A stretch of DNA of 64,000 nucleotides, from positions 1,536,001 to 1,600,000 of the forward strand of contig OZ250186.1 of the NCBI GenBank assembly GCA_965238275.1, given 5' to 3'. The translations under genes were made by a program, and so were the position numbers. The DNA is from Nitrosopumilus sp. (lineage in GTDB: Archaea; Thermoproteota; Nitrososphaeria; Nitrososphaerales; Nitrosopumilaceae). Under the pieces are notes generated by a model that saw nothing but the letters and a program-made list of their open reading frames with translations, was not told the origin of the DNA and searched no databases. Of this stretch, positions 29,781 to 40,201 are shown one piece after another. Position 1 is the first letter of the stretch, and every line of letters begins with the position of its first letter.

Positions 29781-31512
29781 TTATGAACAGGGTAACCCCC
29801 CCAATCACAAACCCCTTGGTGATCTTCAGGGAGTTGTCCAGCGCCTTTGAATAGTCCTCATAAATCCCCTGCCCCATCACCTTTACGCTTGTCTGGCTCT
29901 CCAAAATCTCAAACTTTGCCGGAGCCGTGCGCGCCTCTGCATCCCTTGCAATCTTTAGAAACCATCCTGTGAGCTTCTCGTTACCTGTAATCAGTCCCAG
30001 GTGATAGTATCCGTTTCTGTTTCTTGCCTTTACCGGGGCATAGTGCGTATCTGAGGTACAGATCTCAAAAAGTTCAAGATCCCTTTGGGCAAAATTGCTG
30101 ATAATCTCCTCCCTTGCCCCGTTCTCCATGTTGTTTGCATCCGCCCATCCCAGAAAGTATCCCTTTTTGTTTATCTTCAGGCAGGCTACTCCGAGTCCTC
30201 CCATGCCCAGATCCTCCGTCCAGACGTCCATCCCTTCGGAATTTGCATAGCCAAACTCGACTGGGAACTTGTCCTTTGTACCCAGTGCGTCAAGGCATGA
30301 TCTTGCGGCACTCTGCATGTCCCTGCCGTCCTCATCTGAGATTACATCCCCCATTGCGTTGTGGCAGTCCACTATCATCGGCCTTGCATAGTTTTTGCCG
30401 TGTGCGTACTGCTCGATGTCAGTCTTCATGTAGTTTGGAATGTCCTCCATGCCGTGCGGTGACAGCGAGAGGAGCAGCAGCGGGCAGTCGCCAAACAGCA
30501 GGCCGGTAACCCGTGCCTTGTTTGTCTGAACCGTGACAGGCTCCGTACACTGCATGCCCTCCCCCTTGACGCTGTTCTCATCCAGGCTGCCCAGATAATT
30601 TTTGACCTCGTCTTGTGTCGGAAGATTCAGCGAATGATCTGAAATACTGTGCATGACCATGGCCGATGACGACCATTTCTTGTAAATCCTGTACGGTATG
30701 TTGCTTCCGCCCACGGGGTGGTACGGGCCCGGATGAATCTCCGGGAGAACCATCCTGAACTCCGTGCCGCCGTCTGAGGATGAGATTCTTATCTGGGACG
30801 TCGACACGCTTGTCTTGCTTGAGCGCTGCTCCATAATCTCTTCTGCCTCTGTATAGTCGTCCTTTTGTGATGCAAGATACGCCTGTATGGTCTTGTGCGT
30901 GCTCTTCATTCCCGGCCTTCCGGCCCTGTCTGTGAGAAACGACCAGACGCTGGCAATTACCATAAACGAGATTCCATACCCGAGCGCGAGCGGCTCGGTA
31001 AGCATCGCAAGCCACATGTCGTGCGGGATTAATACCATGAACATTGCAAGCGGCTGTATGAGGCATATGGCCCACGCCTTCTTGATGCTCGCCCCGAGGG
31101 TGGTGGTGTAAATCCCTATCCTGAAACTTGCATACAGGAGCATTCCAAATGTTACAAAGAACAGGGAGGGCTCCTTGTCCAGTACGATGCTTGCCAGTAT
31201 TCCCATCAGAATGGTAACCACCCACAGCATGTTTGCAAACAGTGACGAATGCAGCGATTTTGAGTACTCTTTCTTCCTTGCAAACCTGGTATCAAGCAGC
31301 TGTGTCAGTCCCAGCACGGCAACGATTATTGGAATTCTGTACCATACATCGTCAAAGGCAATCTGGCCAAGGTATCCCAGGTACGTTGCAAGCGCAATTA
31401 CCGTCGCGATGGCCAGCGATGCTGCCAGCGAGAAATAATGCGACGAAGGGTTCAGCAGTGTAAGGGAAAACCTGTTGTGTATGTTGGAGACATTATCCGG
31501 ATATTCTTCCAT
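29764..31512 (-). CDS. DUF2070-family membrane protein
   Basis: N-terminal TM helices; IHPGP...GGS, DCHN, DANNM, TSDTH. Confidence 0.85.
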   Translation of the reverse strand: MEEYPDNVSNIHNRFSLTLLNPSSHYFSLAASLAIATVIALATYLGYLGQIAFDDVWYRIPIIVAVLGLTQLLDTRFARKKEYSKSLHSSLFANMLWVVTILMGILASIVLDKEPSLFFVTFGMLLYASFRIGIYTTTLGASIKKAWAICLIQPLAMFMVLIPHDMWLAMLTEPLALGYGISFMVIASVWSFLTDRAGRPGMKSTHKTIQAYLASQKDDYTEAEEIMEQRSSKTSVSTSQIRISSSDGGTEFRMVLPEIHPGPYHPVGGSNIPYRIYKKWSSSAMVMHSISDHSLNLPTQDEVKNYLGSLDENSVKGEGMQCTEPVTVQTNKARVTGLLFGDCPLLLLSLSPHGMEDIPNYMKTDIEQYAHGKNYARPMIVDCHNAMGDVISDEDGRDMQSAARSCLDALGTKDKFPVEFGYANSEGMDVWTEDLGMGGLGVACLKINKKGYFLGWADANNMENGAREEIISNFAQRDLELFEICTSDTHYAPVKARNRNGYYHLGLITGNEKLTGWFLKIARDAEARTAPAKFEILESQTSVKVMGQGIYEDYSKALDNSLKITKGFVIGGVTLFITSLFL

Positions 31513-31519
31513 TGCTTTT

Positions 31520-31684
31520 TCACGGGACTAAAAATATGTCAATTAGCCATGATGCCACGATTAAGCTTATGGGGATTGATATTACGATCTTTGGATCCAG
31601 CTTGAATCCCTTGGTCTCATCCTCAAAGAACCTCATGAGGCCCCCGCTTGAAGCCGGAAGCGGTGCTGCTTTTTTGCTACTCAT
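31520..31684 (-). CDS. secG: Preprotein translocase Sec61beta/SecG (not in ORF track)
   Basis: Hand translation MSSKKAAPLPASSGGLMRFFEDETKGFKLDPKIVISIPISLIVASWLIDIFLVP; GL.RFF.E...K.DP signature. Confidence 0.9.
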   Translation of the reverse strand: MSSKKAAPLPASSGGLMRFFEDETKGFKLDPKIVISIPISLIVASWLIDIFLVP

Positions 31685-31914
31685 TCAATCCAATTGCGAG
31701 GATTTTAACATAAAAACTTTATTCTTCAGACGGGGTGCAGGCCCTGCCTCACCTTGTGCTGCGGGCAGTTTTCGTGGGTTTTGCCCCGCAGCACACCTTA
31801 TCTTGCCTCCGATGCCGTATCCTGGCGTCGCGGCAGTCAGCCCGTGGTGCGATCCTGCAGCTGCACAGGTTCGATGTCTGCAACATTGTGGAGTTAGACA
31901 TAAGCCTAACCGCT

Positions 31915-31929
31915 TGCTGCGATCACCAT
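31915..31929. repeat. 15-bp direct repeat TGCTGCGATCACCAT, copy 1
   Basis: Identical copies at 34788-34802 and 35872-35886. Confidence 0.95.
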
Positions 31930-32033
31930 TACGTTGTACAAAAAGTAGTTCCTCCCCTAACCAACGGAGCCGGCGTGTTTGGAAGCAAGATCAGCTTGGT
32001 GTTGAGTGGAAGCAAGGGCGTGTGGGTAAGAAC

Positions 32034-33772
32034 GTAACAGGAAGTGGCCTGCCTAACAGTGGAGCGGGTGCAGCCTTTCCCTTACCGTGAAATCTTTTTT
32101 CCCGTGATGCACCGCGCGTGGTAAGACGATGCCTCAACTGTCTCCAGAGGACAGTGGACCAAGTGATTAAAGAAGCTGTTTCCGCTTCCTGTCAGTTGCC
32201 AGCAGCGTGAACAGGATCGAGTTGGCATCCATGCCCCTGGGAGCGGTTTCCGCCCCCGTCGCTTCTTATGGCCACGAACCTCCGGTTGACCCTCTCCACT
32301 GCGTTGTTGTCAGGCTCGATGCCGTCCACGTGCAGGCAGGTGGTCATAAAGTATCCCTCCCGGGGGTTCCTCTTCTTGTGTCTGGCATGGTGCCGTGCCC
32401 ATCGTCTGCAAACGGTTCGATCAGCCCGCGCAACTCCGCGTCTATGCAGTGGGCCGCGCGATCCTCGTGTGCCCGTCTTTGATCCTGGATGCGCGATAAA
32501 TCTTATCGTGGATTGCCGACAGCCTGTCCAGAAACTTTGGAACGTCACCTTTGGGGTTGGTCAGGACGTCCTTTTGCACCAGGCGTTCCTGATGGCACAC
32601 GCACATCTGGCGGCACGATCCCACGTGGAGCCATCCTGCATACGAGTCCTGCGTTATGGTTCCACCGTAGTCCGGGAGTGTGTGGCAAAGCGTCTTGATG
32701 CCCCGAGAGCCGGTCACCTCCACGAGACAGGCGTCTTTTGCCAGGGCCACTATCCCGTAGCCGCGTTTGCCGCCCAACGGCCAGTGGAATTCGTCTGCGT
32801 TCAGGTGTGGCGCCTCTAACACGCGCTTTCTTACAGAATCACGCTCCGGTGCCATGCGCTCTGCCTGCCTGATCTTGCCGCGGTATGCAGACGGGCGCGA
32901 GATTTTGTGCCCCCACGCGTCGCTGCCAAATTCTGCGGCCCTGGCATGCGACAAACCGTTCATGTTCAGGGACGTCATGGCCGCATCAAAGTTTGATGAA
33001 CGGCGCGCGTGTTTTGCCGCGCCGGGAACCCTTCCAGAGACCTGTTTTTTGCACCCGCGGCACCAGCGCCGCTTGATGACGTACCTGACGTTTTCCAGCA
33101 TGACGGCATGACAGTCACGATGCGATCGTACCTGTCCACGTCCGAAAGATTGTCGTTGCCACAGTCGGGACATTCCTTGCAGTCGATCTCCTCGACGCGG
33201 TCGACGCGTTTTGGCCTGCAGTTGATGGTGGGTTTTTGCCCCTTGGGCCTGCCGGCCTTCCTTGGGCCTGCCTTTTTCTTGGTCACGGTGGGGATGTTGA
33301 TCCTGTTGGCCTTGGCGTTAAGCTCCCTGTTGGCCTTGGCGTACCTCTTGTTGTCCTCTGTGAGGGATGAGACGAGTGCCTGCAGCCCTCGATCTCCTTG
33401 AGCCGGTACATGGTCTGCCTGCAACTTCGGCAGAGCAGCAGCATCGGGATCTTGCCTGCCAAACCGATCGGTCACCAAGCACCCTTGCCCAGAACCGGCA
33501 GCACCTGCATCCTGATTTCATGCACGCCCCTGCATCCGGTGGGATTTGTGGTAAGGGCAAGGAGGGCTCGTGCGTTGCCTTAAATTCTTCCACCTCCAAG
33601 CATGTCTGGCGTGCACGATTCTTCATTTGCAATTCTCGAAGGGATTGGCACCCACTCATATTTGGATCGCGACGGCCCTTTGTCGTCCCGAGCACGAAAT
33701 CATTAGATTCATTCCCGGCACCATGGATGTCCGCTAGGCCATCGGGGGCACTTCAAAAAGCGAAACAATTAC
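32034..33772 (-). mobile_element. IS66-family element with frameshifted transposase
   Basis: GTAA...TTAC termini; 8-bp TSD GTAAGAAC (32026-33, 33773-80); GRPKGQK, CPDCG, ADE.HW, QDSYAGW, PDNNAVER fragments. Confidence 0.9.
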
Positions 33773-33829
33773 GTAAGAACGATGTACTCCAACCGGTGGC
33801 GGCATATAGGAACCCGGAGAGTACGCATC

Positions 33830-34760
33830 ATGAAAAAACTGGACGAATCAAAAGTAAGGTGGACTTTCGGAGAAGGACAAGGGATCCACCAATTCATACA
33901 TCTCCAAGGCCATGGGGGTGTCACCGCGGTGGGTAAGGAAGCTGATTCCAGATACAAGGGACAGGAACGCAGCAGCGTGACATACCCGATGCGCACCGGC
34001 AGACCCGCATGCGGTCTTCCCGGCCGAAGGGAGCACTCTGCAGTGCTGTGCGCCAAGGGCAATGACCAGTCGGGGCAGTGCGCCTGCACGGGCACATAAG
34101 GAACTGCACCATGAATATTCCATACAACCGCATACACATGGTATTGCGTGACGAGGATCTTGCTGCCAGACAACCCAACAAGAGCAAGCGCCGCAAATGG
34201 ATCCGCTTTGAGCGCACCTATTCCAATTCGAGCACACAGACTACAAACGACGGCAGGTGGTTCCTGCTACGAGGACGACGCGTCCAGATTCGTGACTTAC
34301 GGCACATTTGAGCGTGCAACGACAGAAAACGCCCTGGCAGTATTGGACAAGGCGATAAGAAACCACGGCAAGCCATGCCTCCATAATGACTGACCGCGGG
34401 TCCCAGTTCTATGCCACCGCATCAGAGGCAAAGAAAAAGGGCGCATCCGAGTTCGAAAAGAAGATGGCAGAGCTTGGCATCAAGCAGATCTTGGCAGGCG
34501 TGAGGCACCCGCAGACCAACGGCAAGCTGGAGAGGCTGCACGGGGAGATCCAGCGAAAGCTGCCCGAATTTGAGGCGATAATGATGCGCAAGAGCGACCC
34601 GGTGGACCTCTTCATGCAGTGGTACAATTACGACAGGCCGCACATGTCACTTGGCTCGGACGGGGAGGAGACACCAGCCCAGGCGTTTGTGCGCAAGATG
34701 CCGCCCAAAGGAGAAGTAGTAATAGACGAGCAGACAGGGGAGGAGTATCATGTTCAATAA
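33830..34760 (+). pseudogene. Frameshifted IS481-family transposase
   Basis: MKKLDESKVRW; KRRKWIRFER.YSNS; DDASRF; TDRGSQF; HPQTNGKLER spread over several frames. Confidence 0.88.
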
Positions 34761-34787
34761 GGGAGGAACTACTTTTCGTATTCCACA

Positions 34788-34802
34788 TGCTGCGATCACC
34801 AT
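34788..34802. repeat. 15-bp direct repeat, copy 2 (junction between elements A and B)
   Basis: ccaca|TGCTGCGATCACCAT|tctgttgtac. Confidence 0.95.
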
Positions 34803-35870
34803 TCTGTTGTACGAAAATTAGGTCCGCCTAAGATCAAGCGTTACGTAAAGGATTACTTTGTCCTTTACCGATCAAGAAAAACGATGGCAAAACGACTGAC
34901 GGCAAAGTCCATCAGATACGCGATGGCACAGCTCGGCAAGGGCAGGGGCACGACGGAAGTGGCAACAGAGATCGGCGTGACGCCAAGACCCCATGTCCGC
35001 AGGCTGCGGGCCGTGTTCCGTACTGCCGGCACTCCGCAGCGTCCCGGCCGGCCTGCACGGCCACCATCCCCAGAGGAAGTACGACTTGTGCTGGATGAAT
35101 GCAGACGGGAACCGCAAGGCGTGCTGCGCACTGCCATGAACCTGCAGGTAAATCATGATATAGGTTACCAGAGGGTATACCGGATAATGAAGGAGAACGG
35201 CCTGGTGGTTTCGTCTGCGGCAAAGTCCAAAAAACGAAAGTGGGTTCGCTACGAACGAAGGCATTCCAACTCCATGTGGCACACAGACTGGCATGTCATG
35301 AAGGATCCGCGCATGAAAGGGCTCAATCTGGTGACCTTTCTGGACGACGCGTCAAGATGCGTGACCGGGGTGGGTCTGTTTACTGAGGCCACGTCCGAGA
35401 ACGTTGTGAAGGTTCTCCGGGATGCAGTCAGGCAGTTCGGCGTTCCTGCCACCATCCTGTCAGACAACGGCTCATGCTTTGTGGGCGCTACAGGCAGGTA
35501 CGTGAAGGGGAAGGACGGCAAGAGAATGAAGGCGCCTTCCGGATCATGGCAGCCCACCACCTTTGAGGCAGAGCTGCTGGACCTGAGCATAGGGCTGATA
35601 AACTCCAGGCCGTACCACCCCCAGACCAACGGCAAGCTTGAGCGGTTTCACAGGACGCTTGAAGATGAAATATGTCACCGCAGGAGCCTGGCAGAGTACG
35701 TCGAATACTATAACGAGAGACGCCTGCACTTTTCGCTGGACATTGCCAACCGCGAGACCCCACTCATGGCATTCCATGCCAAGAAAGCGACCGAGGAGAT
35801 CAGGAATGAGAACTCAAATTGGATGGAGGAGGATACCAATGACTAGCGGACATAATTTCCGTATAATACA
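34803..35870 (+). mobile_element. IS481-family (ISA0963-like) element B
   Basis: TIRs tctgttgtacgaaaattaggtccgc / gcggacataatttccgtataataca (20/25 match). Confidence 0.9.
34884..35846 (+). CDS. IS481-family DDE transposase, intact ORF
   Basis: RYERRHSNSMWHTDW, LDDASR, LSDNGSCF, PYHPQTNGKLERFH, YNERRLH. Confidence 0.92.
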   Translation: MAKRLTAKSIRYAMAQLGKGRGTTEVATEIGVTPRPHVRRLRAVFRTAGTPQRPGRPARPPSPEEVRLVLDECRREPQGVLRTAMNLQVNHDIGYQRVYRIMKENGLVVSSAAKSKKRKWVRYERRHSNSMWHTDWHVMKDPRMKGLNLVTFLDDASRCVTGVGLFTEATSENVVKVLRDAVRQFGVPATILSDNGSCFVGATGRYVKGKDGKRMKAPSGSWQPTTFEAELLDLSIGLINSRPYHPQTNGKLERFHRTLEDEICHRRSLAEYVEYYNERRLHFSLDIANRETPLMAFHAKKATEEIRNENSNWMEEDTND

Positions 35871-35871
35871 A

Positions 35872-35886
35872 TGCTGCGATCACCAT
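35872..35886. repeat. 15-bp direct repeat, copy 3
   Basis: taataca a|TGCTGCGATCACCAT|agataag. Confidence 0.95.
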
Positions 35887-35917
35887 AGATAAGTTTATAA
35901 GTATGGAATTAGTAAAT

Positions 35918-35925
35918 TTTAAATA
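35918..35925 (+). promoter_or_regulatory. Probable TATA box of tfb (TTTAAATA)
   Basis: ~26 bp upstream of ATG 35951; second candidate TTTATAAG at 35894. Confidence 0.5.
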
Positions 35926-35950
35926 TTATAATGAAAGGTTGTGGAAGAAT

Positions 35951-36859
35951 ATGGTAAATGCAATGAGTCCAAAGGATCGGTGTCCGCGGTGTGGCCAGAG
36001 CACCCTTGTCACAGATGCCAATACGGGCGAGAATTTCTGCGGCAAGTGCGGTTTTGTCATAACCGACAAGGTTGAGGAGTCGGGGCCTGAATGGAGATCG
36101 TTTTCAAACGAGGGTGAAAACAAGAGCAGGACCGGGGTGCCGACCTCGCTTGCCATGCATGACATGGGACTGGCAACTGTGATTAATCCTCAAAACAGGG
36201 ACGCGACGGGAAAGCCGCTTACGGCCTCGATGAAGAGCACCATTGAGAGGCTGAGGACATGGGACAGCCGGAGCCAGGTTCATGAACCCGTAGACAGAAA
36301 CTTTCGGCAGGCCTTCAGCGAACTCGACCGTCTCAAGGACAAGCTGGCAGTGGGGGACGCCGTGATTGAAAAGGCAGCCTACATCTATAGAAAGGCACTT
36401 GAGAAGGGACTGGTGAGGGGGCGTTCCATTTCTGCCCTTATCGCATCTGCGCTTTATGCAGCATGCCGTGACACTGAAACGCCAAGAACCCTAAAGGACA
36501 TAGGCCAGGCAAGCAACATCAAGCGAAAGGACATCGCAAGATGCTACCGGCTGCTCCTGAGGGAGCTGAACCTGAAGATGCCCGTAGTTGATCCAATCAA
36601 GTGCATCTCAAGGATTGCAAGCAAGGCCGGACTCTCAGAGAAGACCAAGAGAAAGGCCACCAAGATTCTGCAGATAGCAGAGGAGAACAAGATATCTGCC
36701 GGGAAGGATCCCATGGGGCTGGCAGCAGCAGCCCTGTATGTGGCATGCGTTACCAACGGGGAGAACAAGACCCAGAGGGATGTTGCAGAGGCTGCCGGGG
36801 TGACAGAGGTGACCATCCGAAACAGGTACAAGGGCCTGAAGGTTGCACTAAACCTCTAG
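35951..36859 (+). CDS. tfb: Transcription initiation factor IIB
   Basis: CPRC..CGKCG ribbon, GPEWRSF, HDMGL, two cyclin repeats, GVTEVTIRNRY. Confidence 0.96.
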   Translation: MVNAMSPKDRCPRCGQSTLVTDANTGENFCGKCGFVITDKVEESGPEWRSFSNEGENKSRTGVPTSLAMHDMGLATVINPQNRDATGKPLTASMKSTIERLRTWDSRSQVHEPVDRNFRQAFSELDRLKDKLAVGDAVIEKAAYIYRKALEKGLVRGRSISALIASALYAACRDTETPRTLKDIGQASNIKRKDIARCYRLLLRELNLKMPVVDPIKCISRIASKAGLSEKTKRKATKILQIAEENKISAGKDPMGLAAAALYVACVTNGENKTQRDVAEAAGVTEVTIRNRYKGLKVALNL

Positions 36860-37837
36860 GTTCCGGGCTCTTTTTGCACAGAACTTGTCTGCAAGTATTA
36901 TGGCCGTCGATACCACGCCTGAGGCCAGCAGGAGAATCTCCAGTGACGGCATCAGGGAATGTGAGAACGCATCCTCGACGCTGATTAGGTTCAGCTGGGC
37001 TACCATGTTGGCATATGCGTATATGAAATAATTTGTGGCCCAGTGAATCAAGAGTGCGCTTACAAAGCCGTACCTGACATACACCCAGCCCAGAATGATT
37101 CCGCCGACTGCGGCTTGGGCAAACTTGCCTTCGGACCATGCCTGGCCAAATGCGATGTGGGCAAGGCCAAACAGCACGCCAACTGCAACGATCAAAATGA
37201 TCGCCTTTCTGTAGTTGGCAATTTCCAGCTTGGACGGATTCCACAGGCACCCCAGAATGTATCCTGCAGAGGATCTGCAGGAGTACAGGGCAAGCAGCGG
37301 AATACCGATCAAGATGACGCGGAATCCAAACTCTTCAAACAGGGGGGCTGCCGTAATGTACAGGAACTGAACCAGGTTGTTTCCACCAAGCTGCGCGACA
37401 GTCGTAATCCCAAACCACTCCTGGGCATAATTGATTATTGCAGAGACCAGGACCAGGACGGAGAACCATTTTGTAGCCCCGAGCATGTAGTTTTTCCTGA
37501 CATCCAGTCTTCCAAGCTGGATTATGGGAGAAAATGATCTTAAAAATCCGTATTTTGGACCCATGGCCGCAATTACAAATATTATCACATACAGGGCCCA
37601 CAAGACGACAAACGCGTCCCCTATGCTGATCTCAAACGGAATATTGGCAAGCATGGTTCCCTCTAGAGCGTTCAGCTGGGCCAGGGGAAAATCATAGTTA
37701 ATGTCCCCCCCGACGTCGCTTTCAAATACGACAAAAATTCCGATGGGAAACGATATGAGAAACAGTCCAAAGATGACTGATAAAAGCGCCGTAAACGGAA
37801 TCCCAATGGACGCAATCAGTCTGTTTTTGGCTTGCAA
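36848..37837 (-). CDS. CPBP/Abi-family intramembrane metalloprotease
   Basis: APLFEEFGFR, LFGLAH, LIHWATN. Confidence 0.88.
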   Translation of the reverse strand: MQAKNRLIASIGIPFTALLSVIFGLFLISFPIGIFVVFESDVGGDINYDFPLAQLNALEGTMLANIPFEISIGDAFVVLWALYVIIFVIAAMGPKYGFLRSFSPIIQLGRLDVRKNYMLGATKWFSVLVLVSAIINYAQEWFGITTVAQLGGNNLVQFLYITAAPLFEEFGFRVILIGIPLLALYSCRSSAGYILGCLWNPSKLEIANYRKAIILIVAVGVLFGLAHIAFGQAWSEGKFAQAAVGGIILGWVYVRYGFVSALLIHWATNYFIYAYANMVAQLNLISVEDAFSHSLMPSLEILLLASGVVSTAIILADKFCAKRARNLEV

Positions 37838-37843
37838 TTTGTC

Positions 37844-38152
37844 CTAGTGCAGCTCTATGCTGTCATCGGCAAATCCTAGACCGATCAGTGTGTCCTTGAT
37901 GGTGTCCCTGTGGTCGCCCTGCAAGAAGATGTAACCCTCCTTTGCGGTTCCGCCACATGCATACTTGTTCTTAAGCTCCTTGGCAACAGTCTCTAGGTTG
38001 TTTAGCTTGGGATCAAGGCCCTCTATCATGGTGCCCTTCTTCTTAAACCGCCTAGTCTCCAATCTGATTATAATCTTGGTATTGTCTTTGGCAAGTTCGC
38101 CACAAGCACACAAATCTTCTGGAAGACCACAAGTATTACAGATTACTGCCAT
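37844..38152 (-). CDS. sui1: Translation initiation factor SUI1/aIF1 homologue
   Basis: CGLPEDLCAC, ELK...ACGGTAK, LQGDHR. Confidence 0.93.
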   Translation of the reverse strand: MAVICNTCGLPEDLCACGELAKDNTKIIIRLETRRFKKKGTMIEGLDPKLNNLETVAKELKNKYACGGTAKEGYIFLQGDHRDTIKDTLIGLGFADDSIELH

Positions 38153-38513
38153 TCGTTCTACATGAATTGATTTGTACGTACTATTAAGCCTTGTTTAGAA
38201 TTGGCATTCGTTATCTTGTGCCGTTTGGCACTCAGATTGGGATCATGCGGGATGAAGATCCCGACGAATGCCTGGAAACGGACATGCCTGATCCGGCATG
38301 CCGGCTGCGTTCTGTCACAGATGGCATGCCCTGGCCCTGAAAAATACATCGATCCTCGGGAACACGCACCTGGAATGATTGCGAATCAATTCAAGCAGCC
38401 TCAACGGCGTCGAACCGGCCGGCCGCATCGTACTTGGAATATCCGGATGTTAAATTTTTGAAAAAGTAATATGTAACAACGTATCTATTCTTGTTGTTCT
38501 AGGTGAAAATGAT

Positions 38514-39434
38514 ATGATTACAGTGCTTGCAGGGGGAACAGGTTCAGTCAAACTGGTAAGGGGTTTGGCAGCACAGGAATCCAAGGTAAACGTGGTCAGC
38601 AACGTAGGAGACAACTACTGGTTGTATGGACTCTACATCTGTCCGGATATTGATACGATAGTGTACGGACTGGCTGATCTTCTTGATCAGGACAAGGGAT
38701 GGGGGGTCAAGAAGGACACGTTTAACTTTCTGCGCCAGATGGAGGTATTTGGAGAGGAGACATGGTTCCGGATAGGTGACAGGGATGCTGCAACGCATCT
38801 GATCAGAACCAACATGCTCAAGAATGGAAAAAACCTAAGCGAGATTACAAAATGGATGTGTGAAAAATTTGCAGTCAGCACAAACATTATTCCGGTAACC
38901 GACAATACCGTTGAGACAAGAATCATCACGGACAAAAGCGAGATGCACCTGCAGGAGTATTGGGTAAAACACAGGGGAAGAAAGCCTGTAGAGGGAATAC
39001 AGTATGTCGGGGCAGACAAGGCGCGTCCCAACCCCGAAGTGGTAAACGCAATTCATGATGCAAGCCTTGTGGTTCTGGCACCCGGAAACCCGCTGACATC
39101 CATAGGCCCCATGCTGCAGATAAAGGGGATCCGAAAGGAGCTCTCAAAGATAAAGAGGAAGGTAGTTGCAGTAAGCCCGCTGATCGGAAACGAATCCATT
39201 ACGGGACCGGCTGCAAAATACATGCGGGCTGCAGGAATAGAACCCAATGCATACGGCCTGGCAAAGATGTATTCGGACGTATGCTCAAACATAATCATTG
39301 ACACCAAGGACAGGGTGCTTACAAAGAAGATCCAAAGTCTGGACATGAGGGTATTTGAAACCCGAATTACCATGAAGACCAAGCCTGCCGAAGAGGCGCT
39401 GGCAAACTTTATCCTAAAGCAAGTGCACGTGTGA
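38514..39434 (+). CDS. cofD: 2-phospho-L-lactate transferase (F420 biosynthesis)
   Basis: GGTGSVK, ICPDIDT, IGDRDAATH, HLQEYWV, NPLTSIGP. Confidence 0.93.
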   Translation: MITVLAGGTGSVKLVRGLAAQESKVNVVSNVGDNYWLYGLYICPDIDTIVYGLADLLDQDKGWGVKKDTFNFLRQMEVFGEETWFRIGDRDAATHLIRTNMLKNGKNLSEITKWMCEKFAVSTNIIPVTDNTVETRIITDKSEMHLQEYWVKHRGRKPVEGIQYVGADKARPNPEVVNAIHDASLVVLAPGNPLTSIGPMLQIKGIRKELSKIKRKVVAVSPLIGNESITGPAAKYMRAAGIEPNAYGLAKMYSDVCSNIIIDTKDRVLTKKIQSLDMRVFETRITMKTKPAEEALANFILKQVHV

Positions 39435-39435
39435 C

Positions 39436-40068
39436 TTGAAGACTGCAGCAATAATCCCGGTAAAGACGTTCTCCAAGGCAAAGACGCGCTTGAAGTTGCC
39501 GGAACACACAGTCAGGAATCTGTGCAGGACAATGCTGGAGGAGATCCTGTACACAGTCTCGACCTCGCCGCGGATTGACAGGACAGTCATAGTGACAAGG
39601 GAGCCGGAGGCCGTAAGCATTGCAGAGCGATTCAACTCTGTCACCATAACGGACCGGGAGGAGGGGGTCAATGCGGCAGTGGCGCTTGCAGACAGGTACC
39701 TTTTGGAGAACGGCTTTGATGCGTCAATCGTGTTCCCACAGGACATTCCCTACATCAAGACACAGGACATTGATTTCATGCTAAACTACATGACGCCGCC
39801 AAACTTTGCAATCATCGTTCCGTCTAGAAGGTTTGACGGGACAAACGCGCTGATGAGAATGCCGGTAAACCTGATGGAGACGCACTACGATCAGGACAGC
39901 TACAGGGCACACATGAACACTGCCAAGATGCACACGCTCAATGCCGCAATGGTCTTTGTAAAGAGGATCATGTGGGATGTTGACAGCATGGAGGATCTAA
40001 GATTCCTCTTGGAACAAAACGAAAAGCCGCACCTTGCAGAGAAGATAAAACAAATCCTCAAAGCCTGA
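39436..40068 (+). CDS. cofC: 2-phospho-L-lactate/PEP guanylyltransferase
   Basis: IPVK...AKTRL, DIP, GTNAL, DVDS.EDL. Confidence 0.92.
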   Translation: MKTAAIIPVKTFSKAKTRLKLPEHTVRNLCRTMLEEILYTVSTSPRIDRTVIVTREPEAVSIAERFNSVTITDREEGVNAAVALADRYLLENGFDASIVFPQDIPYIKTQDIDFMLNYMTPPNFAIIVPSRRFDGTNALMRMPVNLMETHYDQDSYRAHMNTAKMHTLNAAMVFVKRIMWDVDSMEDLRFLLEQNEKPHLAEKIKQILKA

Positions 40069-40201
40069 ATTTACTCCCGGTGTGCCCTGCGGAAATTCCG
40101 GACATGGCATATCTGATAAATGCATCCAATTTGTCCCTGCACGCCCGCTCTGCGGCGTGGCGCCATAAATCAAGGGATGCGGCCAGATGCTGGTTCCTGA
40201 A

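Larger units (their letters stand above)
31930..34787 (+). mobile_element. IS481-family (ISA0963-like) element A, interrupted by IS66
   Basis: TIRs ..tacaaaaagtagttcctccc (31937-31956) and gggaggaactacttttcgtattccaca (34761-34787). Confidence 0.88.

Noticed and set aside
31700-31914. tRNA or other structured RNA next to the IS array (GGTTCGA at ~31868)
   Set aside because: No cloverleaf or acceptor stem could be built.
31915-35886. 15-bp repeats as CRISPR repeats or integron/att sites
   Set aside because: They are separated by whole IS elements with TIRs and DDE transposases; no integrase or cas gene is present.
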